The translations under genes and the position numbers were made by a program. From Bacteroidales bacterium UBA1756 (GTDB taxonomy: Bacteria > Bacteroidota > Bacteroidia > Bacteroidales > WCHB1-69), in contig DCHI01000078.1 of the NCBI GenBank assembly GCA_002314795.1, forward strand, positions 7,898 to 71,897: a stretch of DNA of 64,000 bases, read 5' to 3'. A model generated the notes under the pieces. That model was not told the origin of the DNA. It was given only the letters and a program-made list of their open reading frames with translations, and searched no databases. The first letter of the stretch is position 1; every line of letters begins with the position of its first letter. Positions 47,128-55,801 of the stretch are shown in pieces.

Positions 47128-49155
47128 TTACCATTTGATTTTTCCGCTGATGCGGAAACTTCTACCCGGCATCGGATAATTCCGGATGATTTCGTAATGG
47201 CAGTCGGCAAGATTAAGCAACTCGATTTTAAGACCTAACGTAACTTTTTTCTTAATAAAAAAATCGTGCCCAACCGACACGCTTTGATCCACATAGGGGG
47301 CCAGCTCGTTTGCGGAAATGTTCTGCTGCAAGGCATACCTCTTTCCAGCAGCCACAAGCATATAACTAACATCAAACCAAGGTGTTGAAAACATTATTGT
47401 GGCAGATCCGGAATGCAAAGGCGTGTAAGGAATCTGGTGCTGGTACGTCTTTCCTTCGGGGCTCGTTTTGTCAACGGCACGTTGCAACGTATAACAGCCA
47501 TTCAAACGGACGGTCAGTTCCCGAATGATTTGGTAATCGAAAGAGACGGTTGCGTCCAAACCGGTAATTTCCACACGACCATAATTCAGCATACTCCACA
47601 CGAACAGATTTTTGCTGGGAATTGCGACAATTTTATTATTAACCAAATTATAATAACCATCAGCAATCACAGAAAAAGAGAGTCTCTTTTTCAGAAAAGA
47701 TTTGGAATACGAGATCCCGACATCTACCTGATGCGTTTCTTCGGGAAGCAAATTCTTATTACCTACTTCGTTGTAATACAAGTCGTTAAAAGTAGGGAGC
47801 CGAAAAATATTTTTGTAGAAAGCCCGAAAATGCAATGCTTCGGAAAGAATGGGTTGAACCGAGACCGCAACCGAAGGCGTGAATCGGCTCAAATCGTCGG
47901 CGGCCGCTCCCAAACGGGTTTTGTTGACGACACCCGTATGCAGAAGACAGGCACGCACATCAACGTGGCGCGTATCTACAAAAAGACTCAATGCCGACAA
48001 TGACTGGAACCGAGACGGATAAACAAAATCGGAAACATTAGCGCTCATATTACCGTATATCAAGTCGTTAGAAAACGACAATGAGACCATACGATGTGGC
48101 GCATACAAAAACGTATTAGCCAGATAGTACTCCCGTTGAATGTACCGATTATCAACAAATCCGGCGGCATTCAAGTATTCCGGATCCAGATACTTTTGAC
48201 GAGCAAAATTGAACTTTGCGTTCACCTGATAGGCGAATTTTCGGTTAAAACGATTCTCGTAATGCACTTGCCCAAAAGCATTTTCATCAAAAAGACGCTG
48301 TTTGGAGGATGTATTGTAAAACACAACGGCGCCGGGCAAACCGCGCTGCGAATTGTAGTAATAGAATTTTGCATTCAACTTGGAATGGCCATTAAAATCG
48401 GCAAAAATATTCTCTTCCACGGAGATGCTTTTCACATCCGAATTTTGACGTTTTTCAACCGAAGTGCTATCTCCTTTTCCTCCATAAAAAATAGTGAAAG
48501 GGTAGTTCCCGTCCGACTGTAAATAATTCACACTCAGCGCAGAAGAGACGACAGGATAGCTATCTCCTTTTTTTTGAAAGATTCGATTTTCCATCGTCAG
48601 TGACGGATTGAGCAGACCGAAAGAGCCGCCCGTGAAACGGACTTCCAGATTGATGGGCTTCTTGGGAAGAAACGTCGGGCGGACGGTACGAATGTGGATT
48701 AAACTTGCCGCCGCCATCAAACGAGCCGGAAGGAAAATATCATCGTCAGTACCACTATTCAGCGAGATTTGCTCCACATTGAACAAAGTGAATTTTGACA
48801 AATCAATTTGTCCCGTCTGGCAATCGGAAAGGGCGATACCGTCGTACCCGACCACGGTATGTTGGCTACCGAACCCGCGCATAGCCACCGTTTTCATTCC
48901 GCCAACGCCGCCGTAATCCTTAATGACAATGCCTGCGAACAATTTCAAGACATCGGAAACTTGCAACGACGGAACGTTCTCAATATCTTTTTTTTCAATT
49001 ACTTGCAAAGAAGAAGTGGCCGTCAGCGGGGCACGGACTCGCCCCGCCGACACGCCGACCTCATCGATTTGATAGGTCGTGCTATCTATCTGCGCCATAG
49101 CCGTCAACAAGACGCTGCACAGCGAAAAAGCCACTACTACTTTTAGGATTTTCAC
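47128..49155 (-). CDS. TonB-dependent receptor, BtuB-like (last gene of the riboswitch operon)
   Basis: 675 aa with a signal peptide, a TonB-box-like IDEVGVSA and a plug domain (MRGFGSQHTVVGYDGIALSD). It ends with a terminal aromatic residue (...ISGKIKW) and lies downstream of the cobalamin riboswitch. Confidence 0.85.
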   Translation of the reverse strand: MKILKVVVAFSLCSVLLTAMAQIDSTTYQIDEVGVSAGRVRAPLTATSSLQVIEKKDIENVPSLQVSDVLKLFAGIVIKDYGGVGGMKTVAMRGFGSQHTVVGYDGIALSDCQTGQIDLSKFTLFNVEQISLNSGTDDDIFLPARLMAAASLIHIRTVRPTFLPKKPINLEVRFTGGSFGLLNPSLTMENRIFQKKGDSYPVVSSALSVNYLQSDGNYPFTIFYGGKGDSTSVEKRQNSDVKSISVEENIFADFNGHSKLNAKFYYYNSQRGLPGAVVFYNTSSKQRLFDENAFGQVHYENRFNRKFAYQVNAKFNFARQKYLDPEYLNAAGFVDNRYIQREYYLANTFLYAPHRMVSLSFSNDLIYGNMSANVSDFVYPSRFQSLSALSLFVDTRHVDVRACLLHTGVVNKTRLGAAADDLSRFTPSVAVSVQPILSEALHFRAFYKNIFRLPTFNDLYYNEVGNKNLLPEETHQVDVGISYSKSFLKKRLSFSVIADGYYNLVNNKIVAIPSKNLFVWSMLNYGRVEITGLDATVSFDYQIIRELTVRLNGCYTLQRAVDKTSPEGKTYQHQIPYTPLHSGSATIMFSTPWFDVSYMLVAAGKRYALQQNISANELAPYVDQSVSVGHDFFIKKKVTLGLKIELLNLADCHYEIIRNYPMPGRSFRISGKIKW

Positions 49156-49167
49156 CTATAAAAGACA

Positions 49168-50616
49168 TTACATTTTTACAATCCGTGCCACACGCCCATT
49201 CTGTTGAATGAAATAGATACCTGCGGGGTACGCAGACATATTCACGGTCATACGTTCTTCGGACGCGACCACGCGCATCAATTCCGTACCTACCGAATTG
49301 TACAAAACCACCGTTTCTCCCAAAACCGTTTCCACCGTCACATTAGCGGTACAAGGATTCGGATGAACGGAGAGCGGCTTCGTTTCATACTCACTGACAG
49401 ACGTTTGTCCCGGAGTCCAGCCATTGAGGACACAAACTCCGTCCAAGTCAAAACCACCAGAAGCGAAATTCGTCGGGTAGGGATCATTGATGATGTGATT
49501 GTTTTTATCACGTGAAGCAACAGCGGGATCAATAGAGCCGATGACATCAATAAGTTTCACGTGCGTAACATTATTAACATCTAATAACTCGTTGTCAGCC
49601 AATTCATCCAAATCGAACGGAGTTCCCCAACCCACACGATATTTTCCAGCCAGATTGTGCAAGTCACGCGGATCAGTGCCACCATTGTTATCTATCTGGA
49701 CATCCGCGGGCGTATTGGAAACAGCAGGGAAGCGGACGTAGTTCACACCATCGGAACTGACTTCCACAAAAGCCAATTCCAAGAAGGAATCATTCAAAGA
49801 ATTTTCAAAAATAGCGAAATCATAGCCGTCACCATTTTGAATCGGAATATCAAAAGTCAAGATGGCAACGCCGCTGTCACCCAAGCTAACGACATCCATC
49901 GTACTTTCTGTGGCAGCGCCAACTGCGTCGGATTCAGCACCATACGAAACGAAAACGTTTGGAACGGTTATATCTTGCAAACCACGTTCTATCTGACAGT
50001 TGGTGGCCCAGCCCAAGATGGCAGGGTCTTGGCAGAAGATGGCCTGACAACCTTCCGTCCCAACGGCACCGTCATACTTAGTAGTGTCCACAATGACCGT
50101 ATCTGTCGTCGTCGTGTCCGAACCACCTAAGGAGCTGACGGGAAGAACCGGAGTCGTCCAAGCACAACTGCTCCAATCTTCGGAAAAAATGCCACAGGCG
50201 TAACCGCCCCATTTCACCACATCTCCATTCACAATTTCCTGTGACTCATAGCCAACTTGCGCCATCAGACTATTGACATTATACATCGGGAAATCGCCAT
50301 CCATCGACAAATCATATTCTTCATCGTGATAAAAAATATTGTTTATCGTCCCGCCGCCACCTTCATAGGTAAAGCGAGGGTCGGCTGCTGCAATGGAGTC
50401 CATCATTTCAGAAACAAGCAAGGTGGAATTTTCAAAACGGAAGCCCCAAGCCAAAGCCACTTCCGGACTACACCAACTGACAATCAGAATGGCTTGATTG
50501 GAACCTTCGCCAATCCAATATTGAATTTGATCTGCTGAAATAGTTGCATCGTCCTGCGCTTTCATCGTTCCAAAGAACAGGCCTACAAAGAGTAGTGATA
50601 ATAGAATTTTTTTCAT
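49168..50616 (-). CDS. Secreted protein of unknown function with T9SS type-A CTD (middle gene of the riboswitch operon)
   Basis: It has a signal peptide MKKILLSLLFVGLFFGTMKAQ and a central DGYDFAIFENS...LELAFVEVSSDGVNYVRFP domain. The C-terminus is LSVHPNPCTANVTVE...AGIYFIQQNGRVARIVKM. Confidence 0.8.
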   Translation of the reverse strand: MKKILLSLLFVGLFFGTMKAQDDATISADQIQYWIGEGSNQAILIVSWCSPEVALAWGFRFENSTLLVSEMMDSIAAADPRFTYEGGGGTINNIFYHDEEYDLSMDGDFPMYNVNSLMAQVGYESQEIVNGDVVKWGGYACGIFSEDWSSCAWTTPVLPVSSLGGSDTTTTDTVIVDTTKYDGAVGTEGCQAIFCQDPAILGWATNCQIERGLQDITVPNVFVSYGAESDAVGAATESTMDVVSLGDSGVAILTFDIPIQNGDGYDFAIFENSLNDSFLELAFVEVSSDGVNYVRFPAVSNTPADVQIDNNGGTDPRDLHNLAGKYRVGWGTPFDLDELADNELLDVNNVTHVKLIDVIGSIDPAVASRDKNNHIINDPYPTNFASGGFDLDGVCVLNGWTPGQTSVSEYETKPLSVHPNPCTANVTVETVLGETVVLYNSVGTELMRVVASEERMTVNMSAYPAGIYFIQQNGRVARIVKM

Positions 50617-50648
50617 AATAGTAATTTAATAGATTGATTATAAGGTTA

Positions 50649-51722
50649 TTATTTAAAAACAATTGCCGTTGGATTGATGCCTGCTTCAAACTTATACTTA
50701 AAATGTCCCGCCGCATCGAAGCAGAAGATGTCGCCATTGGTCGTGTATTGCGAAGCATCGGCGATGAACACATCTCCCGTGGCAGGATTCACTGCAATGG
50801 CATACGGAGTAAGAATTGACACTTCATCGACAATAAAATTCTCATTGACAATCGTTTCCGAAGAAACGTCCATCACTTTCACAGAATATTTTTGTGTAGA
50901 AAAATCATAATAGTACAAATAAGCGAAGGTACCCGAAATCGTAAAATTGCTCACGGGAAACGGGAAGGTTTCGACCAGCTCATCCGTTTGAGAATCAATT
51001 CGTTGAAATTGAGCTGGCACACTTCCGTAATTGCCATTGCAGACGATATAGATGTCACCTTGCGCGTCGTGAGCCATTCGTGTAGGATTGAGCCCGACGG
51101 AAATATCTTTGATGTGCGAAAAGGTGGCCAAGTCAAAAACGCTGACGCTATTGCCATAATTGGGAAAATTCAGTCCGCCCGAGTTACTGACGTACAACTT
51201 CCCGTTGGCGACGCAAACGCCGTCGGGATTGCTTCCCGCCTGAACGGTATTGACGATGGCCATCGTTGAGGTGTCTATTTTCAACACGGAGCCGTCGTAG
51301 CAACAAAGGTAGGCAAAGGCACCATCAAAGGTGATTTTCCGGGGTTGTTTTCCAGATAATGAAATTTGTTTCAACGATTTAGCGGTTTGCAAATCCATTA
51401 TTTCCAATGTTTCAGAAATGTTGACCACACAGTAAAGTTTGGAGCCATATTTCTGAAGATCGCTGCCGGTGTCTCCCAAGCCCCGTTGATTGGCGGCAAG
51501 AAAAGCGTCGGTCGTTGTCGCGGCGTCAAAGTCATAAAAAGAAATCGAACTATTGTTCATCTGCCATACGCCTTCATTGAGGACATAGAGACCGTGAGAC
51601 GATTCCGAAACGACAGTATTTGGCTTTGTTTCAGATTTTTCGCAAGAAAAGAACAAGACGATGCCGCATAAAATCATACCGCATTTCAGGGAACTTTTTT
51701 TTAGATTTTTGAAAAGATTCAT
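50649..51722 (-). CDS. Surface lipoprotein with YncE-like beta-propeller (positional BtuG analogue)
   Basis: MNLFKNLKKSSLKCGMILCGIVLFFSCEKSE contains the lipobox. About seven blade-like motifs are present (LYVLNEG, LYCVVN, AYLCCYDG, LYVSNSGG, IYIVCNGNYG, AYLYYYD, VFIADA). The ATG at 51722 has AAGGAGGAAGG just upstream. Confidence 0.7.
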   Translation of the reverse strand: MNLFKNLKKSSLKCGMILCGIVLFFSCEKSETKPNTVVSESSHGLYVLNEGVWQMNNSSISFYDFDAATTTDAFLAANQRGLGDTGSDLQKYGSKLYCVVNISETLEIMDLQTAKSLKQISLSGKQPRKITFDGAFAYLCCYDGSVLKIDTSTMAIVNTVQAGSNPDGVCVANGKLYVSNSGGLNFPNYGNSVSVFDLATFSHIKDISVGLNPTRMAHDAQGDIYIVCNGNYGSVPAQFQRIDSQTDELVETFPFPVSNFTISGTFAYLYYYDFSTQKYSVKVMDVSSETIVNENFIVDEVSILTPYAIAVNPATGDVFIADASQYTTNGDIFCFDAAGHFKYKFEAGINPTAIVFK

Positions 51723-51785
51723 CCTTCCTCCTTTTACTGTTTTTGGGAGGATAATGTAAAGACGCAAAAGCGACCTAATGAAAAA

Positions 51786-51978
51786 GCTTACCTCCCGAAG
51801 CTTTCCACAGCAACGATGTGGCAGGTTTTCTGACTTGTCCCCCTTGGACGCCTTCCCGTCATAAAACGCTGACAGTGACTTATTTGTCCAAGGTTTTGCG
51901 GAACTTACAGCAGCGGGTACTGTGCAGGAATTTCACCTGCTTCCCTCTCAAGATTCACGATGAATCTTTCACCACAAA
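51786..51978 (-). promoter_or_regulatory. Cobalamin (B12) riboswitch
   Basis: The reverse strand carries the conserved core AGAGGGAAGCAGGTGAAATTCCTGCACAGTACCCGCTGCTGTAAG. It also carries GTCACTGTCAGCG...GACGGGAAGGCG and the B12 box AAGTCAGAAAACCTGCCAC (plus strand 51818-51836). It sits between a promoter box and the first operon gene. Confidence 0.9.
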
Positions 51979-51986
51979 ATCGGCGG

Positions 51987-51994
51987 CAAAAGTA
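51987..51994 (-). promoter_or_regulatory. -7 promoter box driving the riboswitch operon
   Basis: The reverse strand reads TACTTTTG, immediately upstream of the riboswitch. Confidence 0.6.
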
Positions 51995-52097
51995 CAATAA
52001 TTCTCGTTTTTAACACAAAGAAAAATAATAGATTTTTTTGCGACGACTGCTTCAAAAATATATATACAATAAATTTTATGCTGATTTTGCAAATAAC

Positions 52098-53087
52098 TTA
52101 TTGATTTTCATTAACATACTTACAATACTCAACCAAACTACGCTGAATCACACTCCCTACTTTCAGTTGTTCTTTGTACTGCATTATCATCATCGGACTC
52201 ATACTACGATTAAGAGCAAAACGCACTACATCTTGGTCGGACTCCTTGCAAAACAGAATTCCAATCGTGGGATTTTCATTGGAACGGCGCTCCTCTTGGT
52301 CAAGAGCTTCTAAATAGAATTCCAATTGTCCCAAATAGGCAGGACGGAACTCAGTGGTTTTCAATTCAAAAGCCACCATACATTGCAATTGTCGATGGTA
52401 AAATAATAAATCTATTTTGAATTTCTTTCCTCCGACATTAATGGAATGTTCTTGATCAATAAACAGAAAATCTTTTCCCAATTCAAGAATAAAGTCTTTA
52501 ATATGCGAAACGATATCTTTACGGAGTTTTGATTCCCTGTATATTTTGGGAAGTCCAAGAAAGTCAAGGTAAGCGGTGTCCTTAAAAAGCACTTGCGATT
52601 GCGGATAGGTACTTTTGAGCATCTCCGACTGGGAGTTTCCACTTTCTAACAAAGAAGTCATCGTGTTGGTTTGAATGGCACGCTCTAATTCTTGATTTTT
52701 CAATTTTTCATGGCCAGCATAAAGCATATAAAAAAGACGTTCTGCATTTGTTTTGCATCGACTCAAAATAGTTTGATGATTAGACCATCCCGTTACAAAT
52801 AAAACTTTTGGAATTTGTGCCGATGCAATCGGCACAATTGGAGCAACCTCCAAATCCTCACTTGAGTCATCATTCGCTATCAGATTATTCATTAAGAGCA
52901 ATTGGGCGAATTCATTTGAAGAATATGTTTCGAAAAACTGTACCATTTTGTAAATGGTACGATAACTCCATCCCCGTGTAGTCGGATCTTGCAACCGTAT
53001 AAATTCAGAAAGTTGTCGAACAATGCCATCCCCCCATTCGGAAGAATGCAATTTAGATGATACATATTTCCCAACATTCCAAATCAT
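52098..53087 (-). CDS. YhcG/DUF1016-type PD-(D/E)XK nuclease family protein (N-terminus possibly frameshifted)
   Basis: The C-terminus is IDLLFYHRQLQCMVAFELKTTEFRPAYLGQLEFYLEALD (D...E.K). Family-like sequence continues upstream of the ATG in the same frame up to a TAG at 53187-53189. Confidence 0.75.
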   Translation of the reverse strand: MIWNVGKYVSSKLHSSEWGDGIVRQLSEFIRLQDPTTRGWSYRTIYKMVQFFETYSSNEFAQLLLMNNLIANDDSSEDLEVAPIVPIASAQIPKVLFVTGWSNHQTILSRCKTNAERLFYMLYAGHEKLKNQELERAIQTNTMTSLLESGNSQSEMLKSTYPQSQVLFKDTAYLDFLGLPKIYRESKLRKDIVSHIKDFILELGKDFLFIDQEHSINVGGKKFKIDLLFYHRQLQCMVAFELKTTEFRPAYLGQLEFYLEALDQEERRSNENPTIGILFCKESDQDVVRFALNRSMSPMMIMQYKEQLKVGSVIQRSLVEYCKYVNENQ

Positions 53088-53265
53088 AGATAAAGACTCA
53101 TTATCAATGGCTGTCGCCGCTCGCTGACGATGTGTCGTTATGATGGCATAAACTTCATTAAACTTTGCTTTACGCTCAATGTGTAACTATTATGCTTGCT
53201 TTGCTGCTTCATATTTCTTTCTCTATAAACCATTTATTGTTTTTTTCAGCGGAGCCAAAAACGTG

Positions 53266-53273
53266 CAAAGATA
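53266..53273 (-). promoter_or_regulatory. -7 promoter box upstream of the DUF1016 gene
   Basis: The reverse strand reads TATCTTTG, 54 nt upstream of an ATG at 53212 that is in a different frame from the main ORF. Confidence 0.5.
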
Positions 53274-53368
53274 CAATTTTTTGTTAATATGTATCGCCAT
53301 TAGGGAAAATAACAGGAAAAGAGAACTAAGAGATTTGTGCTTGTGACGAAAACTATTGGAGCGAAGGA

Positions 53369-54391
53369 CTACCGGACCTTTATTTTCTGTCCGATTTGCA
53401 ACAAAGAGGTTTCTTTGATATGATTCAACTGGCACAATTTGGAAACAGTAGTGTGGTATTTGCGGGCTATGGCACTCAGTGTGTCGCCTTTTTTTACCTT
53501 ATGGATTGTAACTGAAGCCGTTGAAGAAGAGGATGTTGACGATGATTGCGCGGTAGCGCTATCCGATGAAGAAGTTGAAGCAGTCCCGGTAGAGCCATCC
53601 ATCACCGTAACCTTATTTTTGTTTCTGTCGATATTCTGATAAGCGGTGCCCATCTTTGCCACGGTGATATCAATATCGGTATTGACAAATCGGACCGAAT
53701 CATTCAAGCGATGAGCGAAAAGCCATTCGTAGGTATCGTCAAGATAGAAGATTTTGGCGAGAGCCGAGTGACTTTGTCCGGATAACTTAGTAAAACGCAG
53801 CAACTTAGCATCACCGCACGCTTTCACGGCATTCACCACTTTTTGAGACTCACTGATTCCGACGGCGCGGTCGGCGGTGCCGTGCAGAATCCAGAACGGA
53901 ACTTTGTTGAGCCCGCAGTAACTTTTCACTCCGCCGCCACCGCACAAAGCCATCGCCGCGGCAACACGGTCCGGATAAGTGGCTACGTAATTGATGGTTC
54001 CATAACCTCCCATACTCATTCCGATAACATAAATCCGGTTCGTATCCACGGCGTAATGAGCCAAGGCCCAATTCATAACATTCTCTACGTTCGCCGGTTT
54101 CCAACCACCACCGGGCGACTGAGGGGCCACAATCACGGCATCAATATCGTGACCATACGAGATGGCTGTCAACGGGCCATACTTGCGAACACTTTGCAAA
54201 TTGCTTCCACTCAAACTCGCGCCGTGCAAAAACAACAACAAAGGTTTTTCACAACGGGTGGAATCATAATCCTTCGGGGTATAGATCCAAAAATTGTAGC
54301 CATTGGGGACAACGTTTCGAAAAGCGGTCAGCGTTTGCCCCATCAGAAAAATAGGCAGCAAAGCGACAAACAGGAGGGTGATTTTTTTCAT
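53369..54391 (-). CDS. Secreted alpha/beta-hydrolase esterase with Ser/Thr-rich linker and C-terminal LysM domain
   Basis: It has a signal peptide MKKITLLFVALLPIFLMGQ and the nucleophile elbow GMSMGG. The LysM domain is HKVKKGDTLSAIARKYHTTVSKLCQLNHI...GQKIKV. The track start at 54469 would read through the upstream terminator. Confidence 0.8.
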   Translation of the reverse strand: MKKITLLFVALLPIFLMGQTLTAFRNVVPNGYNFWIYTPKDYDSTRCEKPLLLFLHGASLSGSNLQSVRKYGPLTAISYGHDIDAVIVAPQSPGGGWKPANVENVMNWALAHYAVDTNRIYVIGMSMGGYGTINYVATYPDRVAAAMALCGGGGVKSYCGLNKVPFWILHGTADRAVGISESQKVVNAVKACGDAKLLRFTKLSGQSHSALAKIFYLDDTYEWLFAHRLNDSVRFVNTDIDITVAKMGTAYQNIDRNKNKVTVMDGSTGTASTSSSDSATAQSSSTSSSSTASVTIHKVKKGDTLSAIARKYHTTVSKLCQLNHIKETSLLQIGQKIKVR

Positions 54392-54396
54392 AGCGG

Positions 54397-54404
54397 CAAA
54401 AGTA
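54397..54404 (-). promoter_or_regulatory. -7 promoter box only 6 nt from the esterase ATG
   Basis: The reverse strand reads TACTTTTG. This implies a leaderless or nearly leaderless mRNA. Confidence 0.45.
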
Positions 54405-54428
54405 CGTTTTTTTGTCCAAAGAAGGGAC

Positions 54429-54462
54429 AAAAAAAAACGGTTCCTTTCGAAACCGTTTTTTT
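54429..54462 (-). terminator. Intrinsic terminator after the PLP-enzyme gene
   Basis: The minus-strand RNA has AACGGUU-UCGAAAGG-AACCGUU followed by a 9-U tract. Confidence 0.8.
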
Positions 54463-54480
54463 CTATCATAGCATTAAAGC

Positions 54481-55677
54481 TTATCTTGTAGCGTCAATAG
54501 CTTGTTTAATCAATTGGAAAGTGCGTTCCGGATCGTTGTCCAAACCGACAGAGAAACGGATGAGACCTTCGCTCATACCCATTTCCTTTTGGATATCATC
54601 GGGGACTTCGGAAGATGTAGATTTTCCGGAGTTGCTGAACAAAGTCTTGAAGTAGCCCAAGCTGACAGCGAGGTAGCCGACGCCTAATTCTTGCATTTTT
54701 TCCATAATGGCGCTGGCACGTTCAGCCGTACCCATATCAATGGAAATCATACCGCCATAACCGTAACCATCATTCATCATACTGGTAAACAATTCGTGGT
54801 CAATATGTTCCGGAAGTCCAGGATAATTGTACTTGATACCGGTTTCTTTGAAACGTTTGGCCAAGTACATTGCATTTTCGCTATGCTTTTTCATACGGAT
54901 GTGCAAGGTGTGCAAATTCTTCTGGATGCTGGAAGAACGGAACGTATCCAACACTGGGCCGAGCAACATAGCCGTACCATTATTTACATCAATCAGGGAG
55001 TTGATATAATCGGCTGTACCACAGATAGCACCTGCTACGCAGTCGTTCATACCGTTTACATACTTGGTCATACTGTAAATGACAACGTCTGCACCCAAAC
55101 GATAGGGGGAGAAAATCATCGGGGTGAAGGTATTGTCAACCAACAAGCGAGCGCCAGCGGCGTGAGCGATCTTGGAAAGTTCCGGAATATTGGCGATACG
55201 GAGCAACGGGTTGTTCATCGTTTCGGTATAGAGGACTTTCGTATTGGGACGAATCGCTTTCTTTACTGCATCCAAGTCTTGGAAATTAACGAAGGATACC
55301 TCAACATTGAATTTTTTAAGATAATTGTTGAGGAAAGCGAAAGTACCGCCGTATGTAGTCATACTGGAGACGATGTGATCGCCGGATTTCACTTCGTGCA
55401 TCAAAGCGACGGTGATGGCAGCCATACCTGAGCCGGTAGCCCAAGCTGATTCAGTTCCTTCCATAGCAGCCAATGACTCAGCCAGTGCCAAGGTGCTTGG
55501 ATTCCAATGGCGAGAATAGAGAAAATATCCTTCCGTTTCGCCGTGGAAAGTATCGGTCATCGTTTTGGCCTTTTCAAACATAAAGGTTGCGCTATCGCAA
55601 ATAGCAGGGTTGACGCCTCTGTAAGCATCTTTCTTGTCCAACTTTTCAATGTTGGTTGCCGGATCAAATTTTTCCAT
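54481..55677 (-). CDS. Cys/Met-metabolism PLP-dependent enzyme (methionine gamma-lyase / cystathionine lyase-synthase family)
   Basis: 398 aa. It has YSRHWNPST, SGMAAI, the PLP-lysine context VIYSMTKYVNG and a C-terminal GLIRFSVGLD. Confidence 0.8.
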   Translation of the reverse strand: MEKFDPATNIEKLDKKDAYRGVNPAICDSATFMFEKAKTMTDTFHGETEGYFLYSRHWNPSTLALAESLAAMEGTESAWATGSGMAAITVALMHEVKSGDHIVSSMTTYGGTFAFLNNYLKKFNVEVSFVNFQDLDAVKKAIRPNTKVLYTETMNNPLLRIANIPELSKIAHAAGARLLVDNTFTPMIFSPYRLGADVVIYSMTKYVNGMNDCVAGAICGTADYINSLIDVNNGTAMLLGPVLDTFRSSSIQKNLHTLHIRMKKHSENAMYLAKRFKETGIKYNYPGLPEHIDHELFTSMMNDGYGYGGMISIDMGTAERASAIMEKMQELGVGYLAVSLGYFKTLFSNSGKSTSSEVPDDIQKEMGMSEGLIRFSVGLDNDPERTFQLIKQAIDATR

Positions 55678-55722
55678 AGTTAAAATATTTTATTTTAATG
55701 TTGTTTATAAAAATCAAGGCGG

Positions 55723-55730
55723 CAAAGGTA
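55723..55730 (-). promoter_or_regulatory. -7 promoter box for the PLP-enzyme gene
   Basis: The reverse strand reads TACCTTTG, 46 nt upstream of the ATG. Confidence 0.55.
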
Positions 55731-55801
55731 CGACAATTTATCCATACGAAGTCTGATAATTTTGACCAAATTTTATGAAGGGAAATGGAAGTCGCTTTTG
55801 A

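Noticed and set aside
53843-55431. Plus-strand ORFs 53843..54655 (270 aa) and 54691..55431 (246 aa).
   Set aside because: They are antisense to the esterase-LysM and PLP-enzyme genes. The first would also read through an intrinsic terminator and a promoter box.
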